A DNA stretch of 63,019 bases, filler included, from Lenisia limosa (Eukaryota; Protista; Breviatea), in the NCBI GenBank assembly GCA_001655205.1. It is 12 parts of 12 records of this genome, joined end to end, with 100 filler letters (N's around TTAATTAATTAA, not from the genome) between each part and the next. Parts side by side here need not be neighbours in the genome. Positions count along the whole stretch, not along the records: positions 1 to 21,630 come from LPNZ01001435.1; 11 more parts are not named here. One strand, given 5' to 3'. The translations under genes and the position numbers were made by a program. Shown here piece after piece: positions 1 through 13,500 of the stretch (position 1 is the stretch's first letter; each line of letters starts with the position of its first letter). The notes under the pieces are model-generated. The model saw only the letters and a list, made by a program, of their open reading frames with translations, made no database searches and was not told where the DNA came from.

Positions 1-176
1 GACCTAGGGGAATGAACAAAAAGGAAAATGACCTAGGGGAATGAACAAAAAGGAAAATGAACTAGGGGAATGAACAAAAAGGAAAATGACCTAGGGGAAT
101 GAACAAAAAGGAAAATGACCTAGGGGAATGAACAAAAAGGAAAATGACCTAGGGGAATGAACAAAAAGGAAAATGA
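1..176. repeat. Tandem repeat, 29-bp unit GACCTAGGGGAATGAACAAAAAGGAAAAT, ~6 copies, cut by the window start
   Basis: Unit recurs at 1, 30, 59, 88, 117 and 146 with one visible substitution. Confidence 0.95.
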
Positions 177-243
177 AATGAAGGGGACAGTTTTATACCC
201 TGTCAAATCCAACTAGGTGGAGGCCACCTACACAATGGTATTA

Positions 244-3200
244 GCCGTCACAAAGGTGAAGACTACAAGAAGATAGCGGGGAATCAGCATGTGGATCGGC
301 AAGTCTGAAGTGTGAGAGAAGGCCCACGGAAACAGAAAATACCAAAAAATACACCCCATGCACTCATAAAAACAAAGGTGAACAGGACGGGACCGAGGTC
401 TACAAGGCCAATGAGGAAACGCATCGTTTTGGGCAGGCAGAAAATGAAGTTTGATACAATTGCAACTTGGACTAAATGGGTGAGGAATCCTGTCTTACGC
501 TCAGAATATATAACATGATGTCTTCCTCTTTAAATAATAATAAAAGGAAATAAAGGAAATAAATTACTGTGACAAATAAGCAGCAATCGCGCCAAAATAA
601 AAATGTTGTCANNNNNNNNNNNNNNNNNNNNNNNNNNNNNNNNNNNNNNNNNNNNNNNNNNNNNNNNNNNNNNNNNNNNNNNNNACGACAATTCTCTTAG
701 TTATATATGCCATATTTTTAGCAAATTTTTTCTTATATTTCAAAAATATTCACAGATAGAGGAAAATTCACAGATATATGGACGGTGTGATATGTATACA
801 TGCACATTTATCGGGACATCACTTGCTCAAAAACACGAATCAGTATACCCCACAACCCTATAGTTACCCATGGAGTCAGTACGTACCTGCGCTCAACGTT
901 GTACTGGCAATAATCTGATCGCGCGTAGTATTACTTTGGGCGTCGTCATCATCATACTCAAGGGCTTTCACCTTCATAAAAACCTGGTAGGGTGAGCTTG
1001 GAACCACTCCCGGCTTGGACTTACTCCGAGAGGGTACAGGATCAAGATGATGATGCACATTGTAGTGTTGATGACAGCAAACTTGGGGTACATTCTTGGC
1101 CACATAATGAGAACAGCCCAGGTGAAGGTAATTGGGAGGGCGATGAGAACTGCAAGTTTCTTTGACAAGACTAGAGAGTTACTGGTGAGACGGTTTTATT
1201 GTATCCCCATCCTTTTTAGTAATATAATAATTGGCGTGGTCTTTTTGAAGAGCCATATTCTGTTAAACGCAAGAAAATGGAGTGGTAATAAGATTTCTTG
1301 TTATACAGACCTAAGAAGCTCAGCGCAATAAGGAGGGAAAGAAGCAAGAAGACCTGAACAATCGGACGTGAGCGGCTGAAGTACATCAATTTGAACTCTT
1401 CTTCGTACTCAGCAGCCTCGTTCTAAAAGTCAATGGGCTGGTCAGTGCTCTTACAATGTATCTGAGACTCCAGTTGTCCATTCGGTTGAAATATGTCTCA
1501 ATGATAGTCAAGAATGAAAAGTGATATTCTAAATAAGTTAATAGGGGTTACATAGTCCAATCATATTCAATACAAAATGATCAAAATGATTGGGCATTCA
1601 ATGATGGCTTGTACCCGTTTTTGCTAACTTCACTTCTTTCAGCCTACCCTTGGGTTTTTCGTTCTTTAGCCGCAATGTTGACTCCGAGAGACCTGCCTGG
1701 TGTAGCCCCTTAACAACCCACGTGCTGCCCGTTTTCAGGGTGGAATCCACCGCCTTCTTGACTATGGTTGATTTCAACGAATCTGAAATGTTTGAGCTGG
1801 TTAACTGCTGGGTTCTAAAATACAGCTACTATGGTGTGAAAACTTATTCATTTCAAAGGGAAAACCCATAGTCATCTGTCACTACTTAATCATCAGAGAG
1901 CTGGTGATTTCTGTGCGTCTCCCCGAACCTTTATTGGGATCGTCCACGTCAACTGGCACTTCAGGGATAATTGCTTCAAGCTCCTCATCTTCCTAGAGGG
2001 TTGTGAGAAGGATTCAAGTTAGCAAGATTATCCCTTGTAACTGTATTTACACAGCATTCTTTGTTACTCTGCTGCAAATAAAAGCAGAAAAATTGAACAG
2101 CGTTGCCCAAAACCACGCCAACAAACATCACATCTTTTATTACATCATTTGATGAAAAAACGAGTTAGGTACTTGCACCCTTCCAATGATATACAAATGA
2201 TATATCGGTTAATCTGTTCAAATACAACTAGTAATGAGCACCAACTTTTCGTGGGATAAGCTTCTTCATGCTTGGTTTGTTCAGTTTCTTCTGTGACGAA
2301 TGGAGGCACGGGCTGGACCGCACGAACCGCATCAGTTCGTCCAGGACTTTCTGTAAGTGTTATTGAAAATGCTTCTTGAAATGAGAAATAATAAAAGGAT
2401 CGTACAGAGGCTGTTCATGCCATTAAATAGATTTGGCATATTGATTGGTTTGTAATAGGTCCAGAGCTTCTGGTACGCAAAAAAAATGTAGTGAGTATAA
2501 TTCAAAAATATGCCTTTCATATAATGTGGTATTACCCCCCCCCCNNNNNNNNNNNNNNNNNNNNNNNNNNNNNNNNNNNNNNNNNNNNNNNNNNNNNNNN
2601 NNNNNNNNNNNGAGTACTAAAGCAGTCTATTTCGGATCAATCAAAGCCTGAAAACTAATAGAAAGGGACTCACCGAGCAGTCATGTGAAGTGCATTGCTC
2701 ATCCAGTTCAACAGGGCGACTCATCTCAAAAATGGCCAGTTGTTGCTCCTCAGCTTCCTACATGGGTTCACCAACATACTATATACTATGTAATACAAGC
2801 AAATCTGTTTCAAATACAAAGGTAAATAAAAAATATCAATATTTATAAAACGAAATTTAGTGTGTCAGCATAGAAGGGAAGGGAANNNNNNNNNNNNNNN
2901 NNNNNNNNNNNNNNNNNNNNNNNNNNNNNNNNNNNNNNNNNNNNNNNNNNNNNNNNNNNNACGTAGTATAATTCAAACCCACAACGACAGAAAATCTCAA
3001 TAAATCGTCAAGAAAGAGGAAATTTTGGCTGATTCACAATTAAGACTGAGTTTATCGATAAATCCTCGAAAACTATCGATATTTTACCGTCTTTTCTAAC
3101 CGAAGTGAAGTCCTATACACAGTACACCCGCTTACTTTTGACTTCTCTGGACATCCCCACTGGTCCGCTAGATTGGTATCGGGCTCCTCTCGAGGCAATG

Positions 3201-6200
3201 GAATCGAGGCTGGAAAATGAAGTTGTGTCCCTGTTTACTAGCTTACCAATCTACCTCATATCTGGTAGAGGAGGAGAGCTCAGTATCAGATGGATAGGTT
3301 TACGACCAAATGGTGTTTATCGAAGCATTGTCAAGATTATCAGCCAGCCACGTAGCCTACATCTTGATGTCGAGATGAGAACGGACATCGCAAAGGACTG
3401 GGTGATGATCTTGAGGCTACCATGGGGCGTCTCAATTGTCTTCGTGCGAACTGGCAGTCCTTTATTGTGAGGGATGTTGCAATAAAATGTGATGAAATTG
3501 ATAGCGCGAGGAAATACCAGTGAAGGAAGAAGAATAGACAATAGTATACTATATCATATATTATATTAGAAGAGCTTTGGAATGACGAGATAACCGACCT
3601 TGAGTTGCCGAATCTGAAACGGTGGAGGGAACGGTAGAGATCGAAAACACTGGGTCGCATCCTGAATTGTGAAGTTTAGCTATCATTAGTTTCTGACGCA
3701 GCAGAGCCCATCACTAATAAAGTTGGCAAACCTTCGAGCGTTTTCTGATACTCCAGAAGACGGCGGCATGATTCAAAAGCGGAACCGCTCAGAAGACCTG
3801 AAGGGGGAGGGGGGGTCAGACTTGGAAATTAAATAAAACAAAAACCAATTCCAATGGGTACTTCAGTAAAGCNNNNNNNNNNNNNNNNNNNNNNNNNNNN
3901 NNNNNNNNNNNNNNNNNNNNNNNNNNNNNNNNNNNNNNNNNNNNNNNNNNNNNNNNNNNNNNNNNNNNNNNNNNNNNNNNNNNNNNNNNNNNNNNNNNNN
4001 NNNNNNNNNNNNNNNNNNNNNNNNNNNNNNNNNNNNNNNNNNNNNNNNNNNNNNNNNNNNNNNNNNNNNNNNNNNNNNNNNTGCGCCACCGCAATTCGTA
4101 CACCGAAGCCGAACTGGGCTAACTCCTCCGTCACATTAGCCACACGGACGCAAGTGGAAAGCACGTCGGAGGCGTGGACGGGCCGGATGCCACAGAGATT
4201 CTATGGATAAGCAATGGGATGGAATTGTGGTGTTATCAGTATATGTCGTTGTTACAAATACTCTTAAATATCGACATATGCATTCATTGAGTCGTTGGAC
4301 CAATGGACATTCTGAGTTGGAAGACGTTCAAAAAAGGTCCCCACGCCTACTATGCATCTCGCATCCCACGACACTAGCACATTGCTGGATTCATCGGAAT
4401 AGATGCTGCGGTAGACTATTGACCATGCCTAAACTTGTCAAAGTGGTTCACATTGACCAGCATTTATGAGGACCAAGACAGTGCTGTGATACAGTTCCAA
4501 AAATTAAGATGATTAAAAAATTTCCTCTTATATTTCATAAGGAACAAGATAATATTTGAGGTTAATGAAACTAACCTCCATAAGAGAGCCATGCGGTTTT
4601 TCGCTCAGGGGGTGGAAAGAGATAATCGCCACTGTCACTGAAAAATTAGAAAACTGGTTTACACAGCCAATGATATGGCGAAATTTACCGCGCAAGCCAC
4701 TTGCTTCGACTCCCTTCGTTTGAAGCAAAAACAAAACCAAAAGGGGTGTCAATTCGAAACTAATTGTTCAGCTCTGTGTTAAAAAATTGATTGCGTAATA
4801 TCATCCATCATCAACCAAATGAAGCATGTCCCCCTACCATCTATGAGATTAATGATGCACCTGCCGAAGTCGACCTGCGTTGCCGTCGGAGTTGAGCGGT
4901 TCATAATGACTTTCGAGCGAAACACTTCTCTGATCAATTGGAAGCGCTCTATATCAATGACGGACTTTGGGAGAAGGTGGGGCAAATGCAATTATTAAGT
5001 TAATCCACACGAAGGCACTTTGGCTTCATAAAAACTAAAATTCTCCAGAGATCCGAAAGAAGATTTTGCTGTTCCGATTCGTATCAAAGTGAAGCAGATC
5101 CACACACACCTTCATGAAAGCTTTTTACCGTCTTTAACTTCCGCCCATGTAGTGTAACGCCGAGAAGATAAAGAAACACGAGGAAAAGCCCTGATAAGAT
5201 AAAACCGTTGAAAGCTGGAGGAACAGCTTACACAAGGTCAGAAGGTACAACGGGTTGTAAGCCAGGACCCAAATAGTGAGATACAATGAAACCATCCCGA
5301 AGATGAGAAGAATAGCGTTCGGATGTACTCCACTGAAGGCTCCAAGGAAGACAGTGAAAACGCAGAACTCCTACGAAGATAAAAGAACGTATCAATTCCG
5401 AAGATTGTTAATACACGTGCAATAATGTAGGTACGTCAGACCCAAAACAGCTGTGAATTACAAATGAGGCCATGATATTTTCTTATGTATGCTAAATCTT
5501 CTCCTACTCTACGGAAACAACCCCACGTACTGCCATAGTGAAAGCTGCAAAAGACCGGTCATCGAGATCACTGGATGATCACGACAATATAATCACATTT
5601 TCTTGCTACCCAATTCCAATCAGGCCCCCAACATATACGACACCAAAAGGAAGAAGCTGGAAGCCGCAATCCAAAGCGCAGCAATCATGAGATCAACCTA
5701 AACAGTCAGCCTAGACATTAAAACTAAGTCGTGTTGTCAACTAAACATTAAAATCTAAGTCGTGTTGTCAGCTAAACATTAAAATCTAAGTCGTGTTGTC
5801 AACTAAACATTAAAAGCTAAGTCGTGTTGTCAGCTAAACACTAAAATCTAAGTCGTGTTGTCACTTATAATTCAATCATTCATTTATTTGAGAGAGAAAA
5901 GTAAATATATTTTAAAATATTACAAGCTTTCACCCAATTAACGATATCTCAAATAATTTATTTGGATCATTCAAAATTGCGTCCGTATATTGATATATTG
6001 ATGGGTAACTAAAAGTAGAGAATCCCACTCGCTGGCTTGATATAACGGCGTACCTCGGTTTTATGTCGCCAAAATGGCCTCAGAATTGTCCAAATCAAAC
6101 CAAATTTTTGCTTCATCTAAAGGTTAAGCAGCATGAATGGGAGTCCAATCAATTAGAAATCACATTCAAGGAAATTAGCACCAACAAACCTCGGCCTTCT

Positions 6201-6720
6201 CATGTTTACCTCGAGGATACTTTCTGTTGAGCCAAAATGCCATATATATCGTGACATACGTGAGGAACATAAGGCCATAGATGAAGAGCTTTCCAGAAAC
6301 ATACACATGCCTATACCCTCTCTGAAGGTGTAAGAAAGGGAGCCCAATAAAAAACAAAGACGAACCTCCCAGTGAAGCATCACATCTATTATCGGTAGTA
6401 GAACAGAAAAGGTGATGAATAAAGGTGTTCCGATGATTCCCTCATCAAGCCGTCGTGAAAACAGCTCATTCTGTAACTCAATACGGTCTTTGACGGAAAA
6501 CCCCGTGTTAATTGCATTATTTATAGTCTCTATTAACTCTGGACTTGATATGCTCATTATGCCACTGTTATGCCATGAGTGAACCGTTCGCAAAGAGGCA
6601 TTTCTCGAAATGTTGTTTATAATAATCATACTGGGGGACTTCCCCTCCCCCGAACCAAGCCTGAATAAGAATTGTGTGAGATTGTGAAGAAACACACGAA
6701 AACGAAAGGGGGAAAGCAAG
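244..6720 (-). CDS. Multi-exon polytopic membrane protein(s): two hydrophobic blocks separated by a hydrophilic linker (FUSC/ArAE-like layout; may be two genes)
   Basis: Minus-strand hydrophobic exons, mostly GT-AG bounded: GIIGTPLFITFSVLLPIIDVMLHWE (~6365-6445), GYRHVYVSGKLFIYGLMFLTYVTIYMAFWLNRKYPR (~6210-6320), EFCVFTVFLGAFSGVHPNAILLIFGMVSLYLTIWVLAYNP (~5240-5370), KKLAVLIALPITFTWAVLIMWPRMYPKFAVINTTMCIIILILYPL (~1025-1165), GFLTHLVQVAIVSNFIFCLPK (~380-490). Acidic linker exons at 1.9-2.8 kb. Family assignment rests on layout only. Confidence 0.45.
5712..5865. repeat. Intronic tandem repeat, 31-bp unit AAACATTAAAATCTAAGTCGTGTTGTCAGCT, ~5 copies
   Basis: Direct reading of repeated units. Confidence 0.9.
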
Positions 6721-6772
6721 GAACAAGTTTATAGAAGTCGGATTCATAGAGAAGGGAACAAACACCATGACC

Positions 6773-9477
6773 ATGATATGGTTTCAAGTTCTGCTATACC
6801 TTGCCTATGGCACCCATGCTTCGCTAATGTTGGTAACATAATTAATTCATGAAAATAAATGCAGGCCATTCTAGGCTTTAGGATATGATATTTGTTCTTG
6901 ACAATCAATCATATACTTACTCACTACGCTCTTACTCTGTTAAGGTGACAGTATTTTTATAAGCTTTGTTTTTGCGACTGAGGCTCATTGTTAGGTTACC
7001 TGAAGGAGCATCCTGCCAAGATCCTGTGTCGAATGACAATGTGGTTCCTCTATCAACTGTTTTGGAAATGGAAGGTCGAGTATGTGGGTATTGTGATTGG
7101 CAAATAATGAGCGATTGCTTTCATGTTTCTCTTTATATGCTCGCTCTCTCCCTCCTATGACGTTTTCTCTTGATATGCTCGCTCTCTCCCTCCTATGACG
7201 TTTTCTCTTGAAATGCTCGCTCCCTCCCTCCTATGACAAGGGGCAAGATAAATTCAGCGTTGAGTAGCTCTACCCCATGATCACCACCCAGCTCCAAGCC
7301 ATTATCAGTAACCTGACAGCCCGAATTGACGCACTGGATGGCGAGTTCCAAAACCAGGTCTGAGGGGTGTACATGGTAATTTTTGAGGTAGTATCACTTG
7401 GTCTAGCTGAATAAATACGATTCACCTGGGGTTTTTTTCTTTTTTAAAAAAAATATATATTGAATACACGACAAGGGAAAAAAATACACATTAGGACCAA
7501 ATGTCGGGGGAAGCGTCAAGAAGCGTTTTTCTGTATCCACATATTATGTATTCTCGTATGTATTTTGTTGAAAGATTCTTGAGATTTTCTGACTGTTTTA
7601 GTTCTCTATTCCAGGGAAAACGATTGAGAGTACATACCAATCATGCAATGACATTAAAAACTCCATGAAGTGTCAAGGTAAGCTCATGTCATACTAAGGC
7701 ACCCCCGTCCGTTACTCTTATTATAAAAATATAAGAGCCCATACTGTCAAACTACCGCCCGTCTTACTAGTCATCTAGTTTATAACTGTGACACTGGCGT
7801 GTACTATATTCGGCCTTCAGGTTTCGCTCAGGTGGGGATGATTATGTTCTCCAATCTCCAATGATATAATCCACACAATTTGCGCTAGCATGGTCTCGGG
7901 AGCATATTTATTTTGACAATTTAGGCAGTGCAAGTGTATTGTGATATGGACGAAGATGGTGGCGGATGGACGTTTGAGGGGAATTTTTGGATTTCTTAGC
8001 TATTTTGTTTGCTATTCGATGCTGTTTCGAGTCGTGGACTGCTTTGCTTTATTTAACTTTTGTAGGTCTGTGCTCAACTATTATATTAAAGGCACTGTCA
8101 AAGCGCCTAACCTGGTGAGTATTACGTCAGCATTTTAAAATACTCTTTCATATTATTGGCGTTGTACTAAAGAGGGTGTGCAGTTTTATCTACTATTAAA
8201 CACTAATTAATGATAATTGCAGCAATTGTCAAAAGCCCATTTTCCTCAATAAAACCCCAAAAGGGCACTGGACTTAATTAACTTTTCAAACTCACGTCTC
8301 AGGTGCGAAGCGTCTCGTTTCCGCTCTACTCTGACCACGCACTTGGCTTTGACGGCTCCACAGTTACTGAAGAATGGGGACACGTGAGGTGGTTCTTTTA
8401 TTCATCTTGCATTTTACAAAATCTGCTGAGTACATGTACATTCATTGAGTCTGGGAGGATAATTGTATTACTCAAAGTGATGAAGCAAGTAGTAATGAAT
8501 TGTGGTTCATCATCATCTTGTTACTTCAGTAATGTCTTACCATCTAGGCAAGCAACTCGTTGCTTAATGCCATTCCTTTCACAAGCATCCGCTTCTACTG
8601 TAAAGTGAGCTGGAATATGCGGATTGAATCTGGTACATGGCATGACAAAAATGAGTAACATGTTTATCACTGTCCTGACGCATTAGGGAGAAGCCACAGC
8701 TGAAAGCTTACACTTTTCAACAACATCGGGAGTGTCATATGCCAAAACCGGAACTGGAACCTTCAATAGTTTCACAGTGAGGGTTTTCATCTTACCTGTT
8801 TTGGGCCCCTCATTTGTAGATATTAGCTATATATATAGAATTTCGTTTCCCCGGTATTTGATCATTGAATCCTTAGATTCCATAACTCATTCATTTTTTT
8901 CTTGCACCTCATTTTGACCTGGAAAGTAATATACATTGATATTCTACAGTGTCACTAATCACACAGGGAATCAGTCACCTCTCCGGACACTATCCGGGAT
9001 TGCTGCCGGAAAGTTCGGACCAATACTACTCCAATCAAGGAGATCGGGCGTTAACGCGTTTCCCCTTTTATAAGTGGGTACGATGAGACCTGTTCATAAG
9101 TTCAGAAAGTCGCTTTTGTCAGAAATGGTTGAGAGTATTGATATTTAATTCTGTATCCTTTTATTGCTCCACTCACCTTGAGTGTGGTTTTTATCCAATG
9201 CTTAGGCTTCAACATTTCTCGATAATGTTTCTGAAACCATTTAGTTTCACATTGACTCTGTAGGAACGCCTCTCCCAACCCCCACTACACCGTCGGTGAT
9301 TTTGACGATACATCTAGTTACTACGCGTGCAACTCATACCATCACAATAGTAACGACCGTCACTACCACTTCATGGTAAGATGGCCTTTGCTGTTACCAG
9401 CTACTCCTTAAAATAGTGTACTTTGTACCTTCTCTGAATCTTGTTATCAATTGACATTTTAGACGTTTGTCCGTTAA
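6773..9477 (+). CDS. Secreted protein with short coiled coil and fibrinogen-like YCDxxxxGGGW-type domain
   Basis: Signal-like MIWFQVLLYLAYGTHAS, then exons LYPMITTQLQAIISNLTARIDALDGEFQNQ, TYQSCNDIKNSM, GVYYIRPSGFAQ, AVQVYCDMDEDGGGWT (7925-7971), SVLNYYIKG, EEWGH/ASNSLLNAIPFTSIRFYCK, LHFSTTSG, LSGHYPGLLP..QGDRALTRFPFYK, terminal TFVR* (9463-9477), with GT-AG boundaries. Confidence 0.8.
7138..7236. repeat. Intronic tandem repeat, ~38-bp unit ATGCTCGCTCTCTCCCTCCTATGACGTTTTCTCTTGAT, ~2.6 copies
   Basis: Direct reading. Confidence 0.85.
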
Positions 9478-10509
9478 CCCCGAAGAATTAATTATCGACT
9501 CCTTTGTAACTTATTATTATAACTCATAGTATCATCTTTTTATATCATATTATAACATTATATACTATATGTAGTATATCATATGTACATTTTTCTTCTT
9601 GTGTACGAGAAGCAACATTGTACTTTTGTCTAGTGTACCAGCGCATCAGCCTGCGACTTTTAGCCAAAATAGATATTATCTCTATCTAGGAGTGATATAC
9701 TTTAGTATCTATATTCCTCCAGTCTCTATTGACACATTGATTGATCATTATATTCGCATGTATAGTGTATTATCCAAATATCCATAAACATATTTCAACA
9801 CAACTTCCCATCCCTCCTGCAATCCTCCCCACCTTCCCAAAGCGAAATGCTCAAATGTTCGCAGAATGTTCGGGTGGTACATACATGAAAACATGAAACC
9901 CTGCGAAAGAATGAAAGAATGAGAACCAATAGACCAATCATCTGAGACAGCAAGAACAAACAATGCCAAAATTCAATTCACCAAATCGGCTCATCCCGCC
10001 CCGCGAGGGCGGAGCTTTCCAATTTTGATCTACGATTTCGCATTTCGCACTCCTTCTCATCTATCAATTTATCTATTATATAATTTATAAATAATTTTAT
10101 CTAGTGATAGTTAGTTAGTCTTTCATTGGATTCTTAGCTCNNNNNNNNNNNNNNNNNNNNNNNNNNNNNNNNNNNNNNNNNNNNNNNNNNNNNNNNNNNN
10201 NNNNNNNNNNNNNNNNNNNNNNNNNNNNNNNNNNNNNNNNNNNNNNNNNNNNNNNNGTGGTTTCATCCAGTTGTCTGTTGTCATTAGCTAAACAAACTTG
10301 TTGATAATATCCGTACATTAGCGAGATCCACAGGCACTCCGTTGAGCTGATCGAATAGTTACTTAATCGGTCTCCTTTGAGATGGCTTCCGTTTCGAAAG
10401 TTAAACTCCGGTTTAAATGCAGGTTGGTAGTGAGCTATATTTAATAACCTGTTATTTAATGGGTTAAATAAGTTGGTTTTCAAAGCCCTCAGTCTACTGC
10501 TTCTCAGGC

Positions 10510-13500
10510 ATGGTGTTTCCTCTTTCGGATCTGAATAATGGGGGGTTTTATTATAACTACGTGTGGCGGCTTTGGGCCAGGTACATCCTTCTAAAGCATT
10601 TCACATGTCTGATACACATATTGCTGTTAAGGATTTTATTTACATCTCGATCTATGAGATTGCCCCTAATACCACATCCTTTCCCAGTACCTCTCACCGT
10701 GATGTAGTTCTTTGATTAACAAAGACACCTTCTCGAAAAGCGACCCCAAAATTGCCCTATTTGTCCCTTCAAGTAAGAGGAAGAGTTACGAGATAATAAG
10801 ATTCGAGAAATAAGAGTAATATATAGTAGAAAGGGGCATATGTACATTTTTGGGGCTACCCTACTGTTCAGGTTTGACAGATAATTTAAATATAGCTATT
10901 AAAGGAATATGTGGTGAGCATTCTATTCTCCGAAAATTTTAGAATTTAAGCCTCTCTTCCTGTTTATTATTAATAAAACTTGTCAGCCAAATATCACACG
11001 AGTTTATATGATGATCACTGTGTACTCAAATTTGATATGATCCTATTATTCCAATTGCCCTTGATGATATGCCTCTAATGGGTCTAGAACAAAGTGGAGG
11101 ATGGAAGCTTGTCGGATCCACTGAAATGGTCAAAGACAACCTCAACCCCATCTTTAAAAAAGGTTGGAGGGTGGGGCTGGATGATAATGTAAACCCATAT
11201 CCACTGATATGATCATATGACCGGCTCACAAGTCGAAATGATGAAAGATAATGGGAGTGTCATTGAGAACGAGTGGATATGAGGTATCATATCACTGCGT
11301 GGAAAATGAGAGTTCACCCTTGTGAAAATGATCCAAAACGTGATATGAATTTTTATTTTAAATCAATTGGTTGGGTATTTGGTACACTACAAAAAACAAA
11401 GGTGAAGATCCTACAGCTTTTCTAATTCCCCATCTAACCGAAGCAGCGATCGAGCTTCCTTATGTCTTTGAGAAAGCGCAATCAATTAGACTTGAGGTGT
11501 GTATGAATCCCAATTGTGGATAGCCTGTTGGGGATGACATGTTTGTGTTTCATCTATTCCTCCTTTACTTCTTCAGGTTGTCGATGTAGATGGAAAGTGT
11601 GAAGGAGCTTTCAACACGTGGGTCTGCGAAAGTCTGGTATGCTCTTACTTGGATTGCTTAAAATTTTTCTGTATGGACGGTCTCTGTTTTCAGACCCTCT
11701 TTGTCCTACATAACAGCTTGGTTCCTTTTACAATAAGTCAAACAGGATGAAAATAATTTGACATCTCAAAAAGACTTGAATAAGATCTTATGTATTTACA
11801 TACAGATATACCTTTCATCATAACAGGGATATTGTGAAACATTGCTATCGCGAATTGTTGGTAGTCGTGGAATGGCCAAACTGTTCTCTCTTCAGTATGT
11901 GATCGGATCGTTATTCGTTTTCCTCAGATTATCTCAGTCCTGTTTCTTGTTCTCTTCTTCTTGACAATCTATCAAGCTTAACCTGATGGTTCAGACACCT
12001 TACAAAGCCCGAGAAAAACGGCCATCTTGGTGACATTGAAGTTGGTACTGACATATGATGATAATATTTTTGTTAAATTGTACTTTTTTTTTATCTTGGA
12101 TATTTTACGTGTTCATAAAGTATCTAATGGAATACCGTATTTCGCCAATATTCTTGGGGTGTTGTTTGGTCTTTGGGGTAAACTTAGTGTGTGTCGATTA
12201 ACTGTTAAAACACTGCTCAGGTATTTGCCGAAATGATCGACAGCTCTGCTCCCATTTTAGAGCTGAACCTCGCAGCACGTGACCTTCTCAAAAAGGACTT
12301 CTTTGGCAAATCAGGTAACAAGGGTTACGCCTCATTTTTCTAAAAGCTAATACTTCCGTTATCTGTGGGAAGGAGTCTGTAGTTTTCATTTCTCAACTCC
12401 CCAGATCCCTATGCAAAGTTCCATCGAAGCAAACAGGAAATCACTGTTCACCAAACCGAGGTATAGGACATATAGCAATGAGAAATAAAAATTAAGGTTG
12501 TATCTGGTCGAAGTCCGCCCCATCACGCTTTTAAGAGATATTGGATTATTGTATAATACTAATTCACCTAATTACAAATCGTGCACACAGCTTTCTGCAT
12601 GCCTCCCCAACATACAGGTATAGGATAATTAAGCTCACATTTATTTATTTTGTACATCATACTAATACCCTGTTATTCTACTTATGACAGGTGCTGACCC
12701 AAAAGACCGTATAATGAGCTTAATATATGATTGAAACACCATTTTCATACTCATTAATGTTCACCCAACCAGGTTATCAAAAAGACACTTAACCCCGACT
12801 GGAAGCCTTTTGACATAAAAACGTCCACATTAGTGACGTCTAAGTAGGCTTGAACGGGGTCACCTTTGTTAGTGGTAATATTAAATAATAAGGATGTGTA
12901 GTATATTTACGTGATACAGCATACTTTGACAATAAATGCCTGTGTCGTAGATGATTTGATATATTATAGCTGTATTATAAGAACCGAATCTGAGGCCAAA
13001 CATTACTTGGAATGTTCCTTTTGCCCAATTCAGAAAGGTTTTATGAAGGCCTCACCTTTTTCCAGAAATCTTGATGAACCTCTACTTATTGAGGTGTTTG
13101 ACTGGGACTCAGAGAAAAAGTCGGACTTCATAGGACAGTGCGAGGTACGTGGCGTGACTATGAATTATACTATTATAATTGTTCTATTCTTAGTTGTGAA
13201 TATTGACATTCTACAGATTTCCATTAACGACTTGGTGAAGAGCAGCGGGAAGGAGGTCAAGCTCCATCACAAACCGGGTAAGTAGAGACTATTAATATCA
13301 TTCATCTAAAACTCCGAACAAAGCACTATGTCAGCAAACACTAAAAGTATAAAAGTCTACATTTATTCGAAATTTGGCAATATTCCACTTTACCTATGAA
13401 GGAAGCAAAGCTGAGAGGAAGAATAAGAAAGACCCGGGCTTTCTTATTATCCAGCATGCAGCCCTTCGTGATAGCCCCTCGTAGGTCGATGGTGATATCT

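Noticed and set aside
1-176. CRISPR-like or telomeric array
   Set aside because: Head-to-tail units without spacers in a eukaryotic context, and not a short telomeric unit; it is a minisatellite.
6766-6775. Overlapping divergent start codons (CATG) of the membrane-protein and fibrinogen-like genes
   Set aside because: The 5' end of the minus-strand gene could not be spliced consistently; the start is unsupported.
9985-10020. GC-rich hairpin/GC-box in an AT-rich intergenic region as a possible ncRNA
   Set aside because: Too short, with no tRNA or snRNA features; at most a promoter element, and unsupported.
10688-10710. Apparent frameshift at the start of copine C2A
   Set aside because: An upstream exon 10510-10580 spliced in phase 2 to the TAG acceptor restores the frame without a frameshift.
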